Source: Methanothermococcus sp. Ax23 (GTDB lineage: Archaea > AGJL01 > Methanococci > Methanococcales > Methanococcaceae). From it: 64,000 nucleotides of DNA. The stretch lies in the NCBI RefSeq assembly GCF_049075655.1, contig NZ_CP157522.1, positions 320,001 through 384,000 of the forward strand, in the 5' to 3' direction. Position numbers and translations under genes: made by a program. Positions 52,239 to 61,202 of this stretch are shown piece by piece; positions within the stretch are counted from its first letter, which is position 1, and each line of letters begins with the position of its first letter. The notes under the pieces were generated by a model, which did not search any database, was not told where the DNA came from, and worked only from the letters and a program-made list of their open reading frames with translations.

Positions 52239-53553
52239 GACTCATTAGGCAGGAAGCCCACGATTTCAATCGTTATACAAAACAATGTTTTGTAAAATCT
52301 CTTACGAGATGGGAGGAATGCCGTTTTTTAGCATACATCATACTTAAAACCACCAAAAACTTTTTATATATTGAATGATATACTCAATAGTATGGTGATA
52401 CCATGCTATTAACACTAAAATCTAAACTAATAACAACACCAGAACAAAAAACCACACTATTAAAAACAATGGAACGATTCAATTCAGCATGCAATTACAT
52501 ATCAAAAATAGCATTCAAAACCAAAACCTTTGGAAAAGTAAAACTACAAAAACTCGTATATTATGATGTAAGAGAAAAATACGGTTTATCATCTCAAATG
52601 GTGGTAAGAGCAATAGGAAAAGTATCAGAAAGTTATAAAACAGATAAAAAAACACTTCATAAATTCAAACCACACGGTGCAATAATATACGATGAAAGAA
52701 TACTAACAATCAAAACACCAGACACAATATCAATACTAACAATAAACGGTAGAATAAAACTACCAATCAAATTTGGAGATTATCTACCATTGGAAAATAA
52801 AAGAGTGAGAGGGCAGGCGGATTTAATCTACAAAAACGGTGAATTTTACCTAATGCTTGTTGTAGATATTCCAGAAGAGCCTCCAAACTCTTCATTTTCT
52901 AATGTGTTAGGTGTTGATTTAGGTATTGTTAATTTAGCAACTACGAGCGATGGAGTAAAATACTCGGGAGAAAAATGCACGAAAGTAAGAAAACGATACG
53001 AGAGATTAAGAGCAGAATTACAAAAGAAGAACACTTGGAGTGCTAAAAGAAAGCTTAAAAAAATAAGTGGTAGAGAAAGACGATTTAAACGGGATATAAA
53101 CCATTGTATTTCTAAACAAATCGTCATAACTGCCAAAGGCACGAACCGAGCGATTGCCTTAGAAGATTTGAAAGGCATTCGAAACGGTGGCACGGTTAAT
53201 AAGGCAGTTAAAAAACTTATTGACAGATGGGCATTCTATGAGTTAGCACAATTTATCCAGTATAAAGCAAAATTATACGGTGTTCCAGTATTCTTTGTTA
53301 ATCCACGATACACGAGCCAAACTTGCAGTAATTGCGGTCATGTGTCTAAAAATAACCGTAAAAGTCAGTCAGTATTCGTTTGTGAAAAATGTGGTTTTTC
53401 AGAGAATGCTGATGTTAATGCCGCTTTGAACATTGCCCACCGAGCAGAACAATACTATTTAGGGCTGTCCTGTCAGCCAGCCTAATGTCCTCCGCCCTAA
53501 TTATTAAGGGAGTTGGAAGGACAAGCCAACGGATTTATCCGTTGGTAGCTGAC
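52239..53553 (+). mobile_element. IS200/IS605-family (IS1341-type, tnpB-only) element 2
   Basis: Inserted 3' of TTCAC without TSD. LE hairpin CCCACGAT..ATCGT[insert]GGG. RE hairpin CCAACGGA-TTTA-TCCGTTGG ends TGAC. Confidence 0.92.
52403..53485 (+). CDS. tnpB: RNA-guided endonuclease TnpB
   Basis: GVDLG, ALEDL, YTSQTCSNCG..CEKCG, NADVNAA. Confidence 0.94.
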   Translation: MLLTLKSKLITTPEQKTTLLKTMERFNSACNYISKIAFKTKTFGKVKLQKLVYYDVREKYGLSSQMVVRAIGKVSESYKTDKKTLHKFKPHGAIIYDERILTIKTPDTISILTINGRIKLPIKFGDYLPLENKRVRGQADLIYKNGEFYLMLVVDIPEEPPNSSFSNVLGVDLGIVNLATTSDGVKYSGEKCTKVRKRYERLRAELQKKNTWSAKRKLKKISGRERRFKRDINHCISKQIVITAKGTNRAIALEDLKGIRNGGTVNKAVKKLIDRWAFYELAQFIQYKAKLYGVPVFFVNPRYTSQTCSNCGHVSKNNRKSQSVFVCEKCGFSENADVNAALNIAHRAEQYYLGLSCQPA

Positions 53554-53603
53554 ATGCAATTATGGCAACTTTCATTTTATCACTTATTTTGTTATTTTTA
53601 TAA

Positions 53604-53846
53604 TTATTTTATGTAATCTTCTAATTCTTTTTTAATCTCTTCAACGGTCGGCAGTTTTCCTTCAAATACTATTTCATCATCAAAAGCAACACCGGGGGCT
53701 ACGAAAATCCATTCAGATATTTCATTTATGTCGGTGACTTTCACAACCTCGGCATCAATACCCAATTCTTCAACAGCTTTTTTAACATTTTCGTATGTTT
53801 GGTTACATTTTGGACATCCTGTTCCAAATACTCTAATTATCATCAT
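53604..53846 (-). CDS. Small redox-active disulfide protein (MTH895-like thioredoxin)
   Basis: GTGCPKC, VVKVTD, PG..D. Confidence 0.85.
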   Translation of the reverse strand: MMIIRVFGTGCPKCNQTYENVKKAVEELGIDAEVVKVTDINEISEWIFVAPGVAFDDEIVFEGKLPTVEEIKKELEDYIK

Positions 53847-53893
53847 ATCACCGTTTTTTTTATAATATAGGATAATCCCCATATAATTTATAA

Positions 53894-53913
53894 TTTTCGA
53901 TTAATTGATAGAT
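53894..53913. promoter_or_regulatory. Putative operator, copy 2
   Basis: TTTTCGATTAATTGATAGAT, 18/20 match to 55306-55325. Confidence 0.45.
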
Positions 53914-53977
53914 TTTAATATATTTTAAGAATATTTGAATATACTGTAATATGGTTATATTTAAAGAATTTGAAGAT

Positions 53978-55066
53978 TTATAAAATTATTCCAGTAATTA
54001 CTCCTGCAATAGTTGAGAATGCCACTACAATTCCAAGATAGGTTAATGCTTTTTTAGAGCCGAGCACCCTTGAAATTGTGAGCACCGTTGGAATACTAAG
54101 ACTTGGACCTGCAAGAAGTAATGCCATTGCTGGACCAACGCCCATACCGAGCTCCATTAAAGACTTTATAATTGGAACCTCAGTAAGTGTTGCGAAATAC
54201 ATGAGAGCTCCTATAAACGATGCAATAAAGTTTGACATTATGGAGTTTCCACCAACATATTGGCCAACATATTCAGGAGGAACAAATGCGTTTATCAACC
54301 CTGCAATTGCTACACCAAGTATCAATAGTGGAAATACGATTTTACCAAGTGTAAATGTCTCTCTAAGCCATGCTTTTGTTTCTTCCGGTTTAAACCATTT
54401 TTTAACCACAACTATAAGAATGGCACCCAATATTGCAGTTAATATATGTTTAACAAGAATTCCCCCATAAACTGGAACACTCAGTGCAGGTATTAATTTT
54501 GGTGAGGCAGTTATTGTAAGCAACATCCCCAACTGTATTAGGAAAAATATTGCGGTTTGATACGCCGGTCTAACTGAGATATGGTCTGCCTTTCCAACTC
54601 TGAAATTTCTCTTTTTTTCATCTGATTTGAATATAAATGCCATTGATAAACCAATTAATACGGACATTGTCACTGCGAAAAATGCCCTTGTGAAACCAAT
54701 GTCCCATCCAAGAAGTGCCGCAGAGTAGAATACCGCAAGCACATTTATGGCAGGACCTGAGAATAAAAATGTCGTAGCAGGACCTATCCCGGCACCCCTT
54801 CGGTATATTCCTGCAAATAACGGCAGAATTGTGCATGAACATACTGCAAGAAGACATCCGCTTATAGATGCCACTAAATAAGATATATGCTTTGGAGTAT
54901 TTGGACCAAAATATTTTATTATAAAGTTTTTATTTATCATGGAGGATATGCCCCCTGCCATAAAAAATGCTATTATAAGGGCTATGGTTCTATTTACATT
55001 TAAATAATCCACAAGAGTATTAATCATTATATTTACTGCGTAAATTATTGTTCCCATTACATCCAC
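53978..55066 (-). CDS. DUF318/ArsP-type permease
   Basis: AVCSCTILPLF, FLFSGPAIN, YFATLTEVP, LLAGPSLS. Confidence 0.85.
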   Translation of the reverse strand: MDVMGTIIYAVNIMINTLVDYLNVNRTIALIIAFFMAGGISSMINKNFIIKYFGPNTPKHISYLVASISGCLLAVCSCTILPLFAGIYRRGAGIGPATTFLFSGPAINVLAVFYSAALLGWDIGFTRAFFAVTMSVLIGLSMAFIFKSDEKKRNFRVGKADHISVRPAYQTAIFFLIQLGMLLTITASPKLIPALSVPVYGGILVKHILTAILGAILIVVVKKWFKPEETKAWLRETFTLGKIVFPLLILGVAIAGLINAFVPPEYVGQYVGGNSIMSNFIASFIGALMYFATLTEVPIIKSLMELGMGVGPAMALLLAGPSLSIPTVLTISRVLGSKKALTYLGIVVAFSTIAGVITGIIL

Positions 55067-55233
55067 TATTTCACCCTTCTTCTACCTTTTAGAGCTCCTA
55101 CATCATAGGTCATTTTTTCACCACAATTTGGACATTCTGGCAAAGGCACCTCAGAAGCCATACATGGACATACATCTACTTCATATCTCATTCTTTTATC
55201 ACATTTTGGACATTTTAAATTCCATATAATCAT
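55066..55233 (-). CDS. Small Cys-rich Zn-ribbon protein (55 aa, not in ORF track)
   Basis: MIIWNLKCPKCDKRMRYEVDVCPCMASEVPLPECPNCGEKMTYDVGALKGRRRVK; GGTGG RBS; stop overlaps permease start. Confidence 0.75.
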   Translation of the reverse strand: MIIWNLKCPKCDKRMRYEVDVCPCMASEVPLPECPNCGEKMTYDVGALKGRRRVK

Positions 55234-55306
55234 TTAACCACCACCATTTTAACATAATACTTAACATAATAATATATATAAAATAATAAATTATTATATT
55301 TATACT

Positions 55307-55330
55307 TTTCGATTAATTAATAAATCGAAA
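55307..55330. promoter_or_regulatory. Putative operator inverted repeat
   Basis: TTTCGATT-N8-AATCGAAA upstream of the Zn-ribbon/permease/thioredoxin operon. Confidence 0.5.
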
Positions 55331-55398
55331 TATATTTTAAAAATATGTGAATATATTAATGTAATATAATAAAATAAAATTAAAACAGTATTTATTTA

Positions 55399-55800
55399 TT
55401 ATTCATTTTTAAAAATCTTAACTATTCCCTTGTTTCCATCGATTAATACTCTATCCCCAGTTTTTATATCATCCATATCTATTTTATCAATCATTGGAAT
55501 CTTTCCAAGTATTGCACCTGTGGCAACAATCGGCTCGCATTCTTTGTTTATTATGCCTTTTAAAATTCCCTTTTTTGCAAGTCCGTATATTACATAAGAC
55601 CCCACAGTGCTTCCTTTACCTGTTGGGAAAACAAATATTTTGTCTTTAATGCTTTGTCCGTATAATTCGTTTTCTTTATCGGTGATAATGCCGTCCTCAT
55701 TTACACCACCTAAAAATGATATTGGAGCATCTGAAACAATAGCTTCCGCCTCAACCTGTCCTTTTGATATAATTCTTCCCTTTAATTCGATAACTTCCAT
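55399..55800 (-). CDS. DUF126 / AcnX small subunit (phosphomevalonate dehydratase small subunit)
   Basis: ISFLGGV, FPTGKGSTVGSYVIY, EPIVATGAI. Confidence 0.88.
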   Translation of the reverse strand: MEVIELKGRIISKGQVEAEAIVSDAPISFLGGVNEDGIITDKENELYGQSIKDKIFVFPTGKGSTVGSYVIYGLAKKGILKGIINKECEPIVATGAILGKIPMIDKIDMDDIKTGDRVLIDGNKGIVKIFKNE

Positions 55801-55906
55801 AATTTCACCTAATTACAACATTCACATTTATAATTTATAAAAACTACATATTTATAATATTATTTACAGTTATAATTTAGTATATTATTTATAAATTGGT
55901 GAGCTC

Positions 55907-56074
55907 ATGGTAAAGGACGTAAATTTACAAGATGATGAATTGTGCAAATGGACAATTATTGATTTGGACGAATTAAAAACAAAAAAAGTCAAATGCAACT
56001 GCGGATATGTGTTTAACTGCGTCGGTAAAAGAATATTATGTCCCAAATGCAAAAAAATTTTTGAAGTGGAATAG
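55907..56074 (+). CDS. Small Zn-ribbon protein (55 aa, not in ORF track)
   Basis: MVKDVNLQDDELCKWTIIDLDELKTKKVKCNCGYVFNCVGKRILCPKCKKIFEVE; GGTGA RBS. Confidence 0.65.
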   Translation: MVKDVNLQDDELCKWTIIDLDELKTKKVKCNCGYVFNCVGKRILCPKCKKIFEVE

Positions 56075-56089
56075 ATTTGTTGATTCATA

Positions 56090-56968
56090 TTAGATTATTA
56101 TTTTATCAATTACAAATCCAATTAACCCACTTGCTAAAATAACGCTAAATAAATATTTTAGTGTTAGTTTTTTACCGTAGCATTTTTTCATAGACAGCAG
56201 TAGCGGAAGCCCGAGAGTTGGGGCTGAAATTAAAAATGAAATTATTAATCCCCTTGAAACTCCATCTATTGCAACCGATTTTATAATTGGAATTAAAGCA
56301 TGGGGGCATAAAAATATAAATATCCTTATTATAGAAACATAAAAATACGAAGCTATATCGTTGGAAAGAATAAGCAAAATGGTATCTTTTGGAATATATG
56401 TCATTATAAATCCTGAAATAATAAATCCCAACACCATTGAAGGAAATAACTTTTTAAACTGGTTAATGAATATGCTGAAAAAATCATTTTTATGGATATT
56501 TTCCTCAAATCCGCAAAATATTACTTTATTATTGTAAAATACCAAACCAATAAGCATTGATAATATAAGGGATGCAATTATTTGCATGATAACCAATTTA
56601 TAACCTAACAATGAGTAGGACAGCATTATACCGATGGGATTTATAGAAGATGCAGACACAATAAATGCCATGGCAACTCCTAAATTTGCACCTCTTGAAT
56701 TTAAGGCATTTGCCACTGGAACCCCACTTGCAGAGCACAACGGCAGAGCTCCGCCAATAAGTGATGCCAATACTATGGATTTTTTGCTACTGCTTAACCT
56801 ATGAACAAATTTTTTTCTTAAATCTCCCTTTAATTTTACCTTCAAATATGCGGATAAAATAAACCCAAATAGAATATATGGAAGGGCATCTAAAAAGAAA
56901 TTAAGAGAATGCTCCAATGCTATGCCAATTGTAGATATTGTTATATTGGATATAAGTGGGCTAATCAT
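56090..56968 (-). CDS. DUF318-type permease
   Basis: LPLCSASGVP, SSINP, FLCPHALIP, ISAPTLG. Confidence 0.75.
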   Translation of the reverse strand: MISPLISNITISTIGIALEHSLNFFLDALPYILFGFILSAYLKVKLKGDLRKKFVHRLSSSKKSIVLASLIGGALPLCSASGVPVANALNSRGANLGVAMAFIVSASSINPIGIMLSYSLLGYKLVIMQIIASLILSMLIGLVFYNNKVIFCGFEENIHKNDFFSIFINQFKKLFPSMVLGFIISGFIMTYIPKDTILLILSNDIASYFYVSIIRIFIFLCPHALIPIIKSVAIDGVSRGLIISFLISAPTLGLPLLLSMKKCYGKKLTLKYLFSVILASGLIGFVIDKIII

Positions 56969-57614
56969 TTTTTTCACACATAGCACATTTTTGACATGTT
57001 TGCTGTTTTGTAAGTTTTATACCTTTTTTTGTCAGTTGAATTCCAGTTCCCAATGGACATATATATCTGCACCAAAACCTTGGGATTAATATACCCAATA
57101 GCAGAGCTCCGATTATGATATACAATCTGGTAAAATATGCATTTCCAGCAGTTAGGTAGATTAACTTTATAGATGCCATCAACTCAGATGTGTGAATTGG
57201 AATATAATATCTCGGGTTACCATATAATAACGCCAGTATGGCAAATAGAAACACCACATACTTTAAAAATTCCAGTATTAATTTTGACTCATGGGACAGT
57301 TTAAGGGGTTTTTTTGAAATCTTCCTTCTAACTCTGTAAATTAAATCATTCAGAGTTCCAAATGGGCAAATCTTACTGCAAAAATCTTTTCTAAAAACTA
57401 TCATATATCCAACGATAAATGCAACAAATGGCTTTCTGTAATATTTAGATGGGCAATCTACCACTGGACACATATCACAGGCTAAAAATGGCAGTATATA
57501 TGGACACCTAAATATCGCTAGAATTATGGTTTCAAGTGCCACAATGAAAATTCCATACTTCATAACAATTGGAAACCATTTTTTTAATTTTTTCATCGAC
57601 TCTTTAAATTCCAT
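56961..57614 (-). CDS. Membrane 4Fe-4S (NapH-like) protein
   Basis: CDMCPVVDCP, FCSKICPFG, WCRYICPLG. Confidence 0.8.
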   Translation of the reverse strand: MEFKESMKKLKKWFPIVMKYGIFIVALETIILAIFRCPYILPFLACDMCPVVDCPSKYYRKPFVAFIVGYMIVFRKDFCSKICPFGTLNDLIYRVRRKISKKPLKLSHESKLILEFLKYVVFLFAILALLYGNPRYYIPIHTSELMASIKLIYLTAGNAYFTRLYIIIGALLLGILIPRFWCRYICPLGTGIQLTKKGIKLTKQQTCQKCAMCEKND

Positions 57615-57684
57615 AAATCTCACCAGTGAAACACCAGATAATAATAAAAAACATAAAACTCATTAAAAAATAAAAAAGAAGATT

Positions 57685-58563
57685 TCATTGGCTGATTGGA
57701 GCCAAATCTTTGTATTCTGGATAATAGTTGTTTAATATTTCCTGACCTTTTTCAGATTTTACAGGGTAGAACCCATGTTTTGCTAAAATTGCCTGTCCTT
57801 CATCAGAGAGCACAAATTCCTTATATTTGTATGCTAAGTCTTTTTCTTTTGAGTTTTTCATAACACCTATTGTGAAAACACAATCCTGTTTTTTAAGATA
57901 TTCTCTTGGAATTTCTACAATCTCAACATTCCCTTTTATTCCATCCAATGTCGTGCATCTTCTTTCAACAATTGCCGCATCGCAATTTCCATCTGCAACA
58001 TCTTTTAACATCTTTCTATAACAGTCAAAATCCTTCGCACTTTTTTCATATATTTTATTTATTAATTCTTTTTCTGAGTTCAGCACTCTTATTTCTGGGA
58101 TTGCCGCTTTTGAATTTGTATAAACTTTAACATCGTCTCTTAACAAATCCTCTAATTTAGTTATATTCTTTGGATTACCTTTTGGAGTTACTATTACCCA
58201 TCCGGTAAATTGGTAGATATTATAATCAGGCTCCATTAAACTTTTGTTTGTTAATATTTCTGAATGTTTGGTGCTTCTAGGTAAAAATACATCGCAATAT
58301 GCACCATTTTCTATTGCTTTCCTTAATGTTCCAGCGGAAGCTCCTGTAAAATCTACCTTGCAATTGTATTTTTTTTCAAACTCTTTATTCACTTCTTGAA
58401 GAGCTTCTGTTGGACCTCCACAACTATAAACCACCAATGTTTTCTGAGCTCCTGCTGTTGCTGTTGAAACATCTGCTGATGCTGAACTATTGGTGGATGT
58501 GCATCCACAAAGCATTACACTCAATCCTATAATCCCTATCAATATAAGAGTTAATTTTTTCAT
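57685..58563 (-). CDS. ModA-like substrate-binding lipoprotein with Cys at the binding motif
   Basis: Lipobox LCGC, VYSCGGP, GASAG, PKGNPKNI, EGQAILAKHGF. Confidence 0.78.
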   Translation of the reverse strand: MKKLTLILIGIIGLSVMLCGCTSTNSSASADVSTATAGAQKTLVVYSCGGPTEALQEVNKEFEKKYNCKVDFTGASAGTLRKAIENGAYCDVFLPRSTKHSEILTNKSLMEPDYNIYQFTGWVIVTPKGNPKNITKLEDLLRDDVKVYTNSKAAIPEIRVLNSEKELINKIYEKSAKDFDCYRKMLKDVADGNCDAAIVERRCTTLDGIKGNVEIVEIPREYLKKQDCVFTIGVMKNSKEKDLAYKYKEFVLSDEGQAILAKHGFYPVKSEKGQEILNNYYPEYKDLAPISQ

Positions 58564-58755
58564 AATTTCACCATATTAGATTTTTTAATATCTATTTGGT
58601 ATGAAACATAAGTATTTTAACAAAATCCTTATAAAAATCTTTTTATTTAGAAATTTTTATAGTTATACTATATATTAATTAAATTAATATGAGATAGATT
58701 AAAATAAATTAAAAAGATAATCATTAATAAAAAGAAAAAAATAAAAAAATAAAAA

Positions 58756-58785
58756 AGCATTCCTCCTAAAAAGGTTCGGAATGCT
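58756..58785 (-). promoter_or_regulatory. Archaeal SECIS element in the selD 3' UTR
   Basis: AGCAUUCC-GAA-CCU-UUUU-AGG-A-GGAAUGCU, with the GAA/A internal loop, 7 nt after the selD stop. Confidence 0.88.
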
Positions 58786-58792
58786 GCCAAAG

Positions 58793-59851
58793 TTAAATCT
58801 CTAAAATCTTTACATCTTCACTTAAATAAGCCTTCCCAACACCTGATTTTTTAACTTTTCCAACTTCAAATGCGTAGCATCCGTTTTTATGAAGTTTTTC
58901 TATTAAATTCTGAGCATATTCTTGTTTTATGGAAATAAACAGCCCACCAGCAGTTTCAGCACCATATCCTTTTAACAGGGCATGTCCAAATAAAGAAGCT
59001 AATTCACCAGTTCCTTTAATTATAGGAAGTGTATTGATTTCAATTTCAACTGAGCTCTGCTCCGCCATTTCATTACTATGCCCCAAAATACCAAAGCCGG
59101 TAATATCTGTCATGGCATTGGCAACTTTTTCTCCGAGCTCATCTTCAAGTTCCCGAAGTGCTAAAAGGGGTTTTCTATTGGATGAAGTCATCAGTTCAAT
59201 AGCTTTGTTTATTATTCTATCCTTTTCTGATTTTTCAATGTCAAGTAAATCGTCATATTCAGGACCTACTCTTGATAGTGCCATTGCCGTCTGGGTGCCC
59301 AATGGTTTTGTTAATATTAAAACATCCCCTTCTTTTGCACCGCTTTTTGTTAAAATATCTTCTTTTTTTCCAACCCCTGAAACAGCACCGCCTATCAATG
59401 GCCATGGATTTAAGATTGTGTGCCCGCCTATAATGGTTGTTTCATTTTCCCTGCAAAAGTCCTGAAATCCCTTTAACATCTCTCTTGAAATATCTATTGG
59501 AAGAGTTTCTGGAATTCCCATAATTACCAATACGCCTATTATATCCAATATACCCATAGCATACACATCACTTGTGGAATTGCACGCCGCAATCCTTCCC
59601 TGCAAATATGGGTCATCTACTATTGGAGTGAATACATCGACGGTTTTCACTATTGCCATATCGTTTCTGATAATTACTGCGGCATCATCACCTAATCCAA
59701 CATATGCTTTTTTTAAGTCCTCTTCTGAAACTATTCCTTTTACTAAAAATTCTAATTCGGTGTTGGGAAGTTTGCATGCTCATCCGTGAAGTTGCACCAT
59801 TTCGGTGAGTTTTATATCTCTCTTTTCTGTTGTATTCTCATTTATTTCCAT
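58793..59851 (-). CDS. selD: Selenophosphate synthetase, selenoprotein (UGA=Sec at 59780-59782)
   Basis: In-frame upstream extension MEINE..LHG-U-ACKLP..GDDAAV joins the ORF-track ORF; DVYAMG, GGHT, DITGFG. Confidence 0.95.
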
Positions 59852-60019
59852 AGATTATCACCGTTAATATATGGCATATTTATATAATATATTATCAAAA
59901 ATATTTATAATTACATATACCTACTACTTATTAATTTATGGATAAGTATAATTTATAGATATTCATTTAAAAATTTAATAATCACTCAAAGATATTAATT
60001 TTTTTAATATAGTGATATT

Positions 60020-60469
60020 ATGATAAGCATTCCAAACTACAAAGATATAAATGCTAAAACTGTTGTTTTTGATTTAAACGGCACCCTTGCAGTAGATGGA
60101 AAAGTAGATAATGAAATAAAGGAGCTCCTAAATGAATTGAATAAAAAGTATGATATAGTTGTATTAACCGCAGATACATTTGGAACTATAAGGAAAGAAT
60201 TTGAAGGATACAATGTAGTTATTGAAATAATAAAAAATACCGAAGAAAAGATGAATAAAGCAAAAGAGCATGCTCCATATATTGGAGTTGGTAATGGAAA
60301 TAACGACATAGATATGCTTAAAAATGCTGAGCTCGGAATAGCAGTAATTGGAAAAGAAGGATGCAGTGTTAAAACCCTGTTATCCGCAGATATTGTTGTA
60401 AATAATATTATAGATGCCATAAATTTACTGTTAAACGAAAAAAGAATGATAGCAACCCTTAGAAAGTAA
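60020..60469 (+). CDS. HAD hydrolase (soluble P-type ATPase-like)
   Basis: DLNGT, TADTFG, GNGNND. Confidence 0.85.
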   Translation: MISIPNYKDINAKTVVFDLNGTLAVDGKVDNEIKELLNELNKKYDIVVLTADTFGTIRKEFEGYNVVIEIIKNTEEKMNKAKEHAPYIGVGNGNNDIDMLKNAELGIAVIGKEGCSVKTLLSADIVVNNIIDAINLLLNEKRMIATLRK

Positions 60470-60497
60470 ATGTATAAGAAAAATTAAATTATACCTA

Positions 60498-61094
60498 TTA
60501 CTCTTCATCTATTTTCTTTTTATCTCTCGGCATGCAGATGAGCTCCCTCAGTTCGATATTAAAGAAGTTGTTTAAATTTGCCGGTTTGATTACAACCGCA
60601 GTATCTGCCCCCCTGCTTCTTCCACCTATTGCTATCACTTCGTTTTTTGTTTTAATCAATCCTGCATCTGCTGCCATTAATGTGATTTCATAGCAAACCT
60701 TTAATCCATGTCCAAATGTCCTAAGGGTGTGTGCGATTATTTCAACTGGATATGCTCCTCCAAACTTATTGGATATCGCTCTTTCAACACCACTTAGTGC
60801 ATGAGCTCCCATGAATACCTTTGCCCCTCTTTCCTTCAACTCATTCATTGTTTCTTCGCTCATTGTAATTACATCTTCACCATGAAATCCTTGATGGTAG
60901 GAAACCACAACCACATTTAAATCAAGATTTTTACTTTCAACTACATCCAATAATTTTTTTGCAGTATCCCCGTAGGATGATGCCACAACAATATCTTTTA
61001 TATTCAATTCCTGAGCTCTCTCAACAGCAAGTTTTAAAGTTTCCTCTGTGTTTTGAACTCCTGCCTTTTCAAAGTATGTAATTGATTTTTCCAC
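60498..61094 (-). CDS. Pyruvate kinase C-terminal-like (MTH1675-like) protein
   Basis: [36 protein letters not shown]. Confidence 0.8.
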   Translation of the reverse strand: MEKSITYFEKAGVQNTEETLKLAVERAQELNIKDIVVASSYGDTAKKLLDVVESKNLDLNVVVVSYHQGFHGEDVITMSEETMNELKERGAKVFMGAHALSGVERAISNKFGGAYPVEIIAHTLRTFGHGLKVCYEITLMAADAGLIKTKNEVIAIGGRSRGADTAVVIKPANLNNFFNIELRELICMPRDKKKIDEE

Positions 61095-61202
61095 AATATC
61101 ACCTCATTTTGTTTTTTAGTTTTAGTTTATTAGTTTTTTATTTTATTTTTTTATTGTATTTTCCTATTATTTTCCTTATTTCTTATTTTTTTGTTATATT
61201 AA

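Larger units (their letters stand above)
51874..53575 (-). pseudogene. CGGC-domain protein interrupted by IS605 element 2 (pieces 53554-53575 and 51874-52238)
   Basis: Joining the pieces gives MKVAIIACEKMVQMGCPGKEACFSCF...TCGGCPG...FGTH, 128 aa in frame. Confidence 0.88.

Noticed and set aside
52239-53553. IStron (self-splicing rescue of host gene)
   Set aside because: The LE is only about 160 nt with no group I intron core, and the element is antisense to the host gene.
55885-56088. 67-aa minus-strand ORF
   Set aside because: The plus-strand 55907-56074 ORF has an RBS and Zn-ribbon motif and is the better call.
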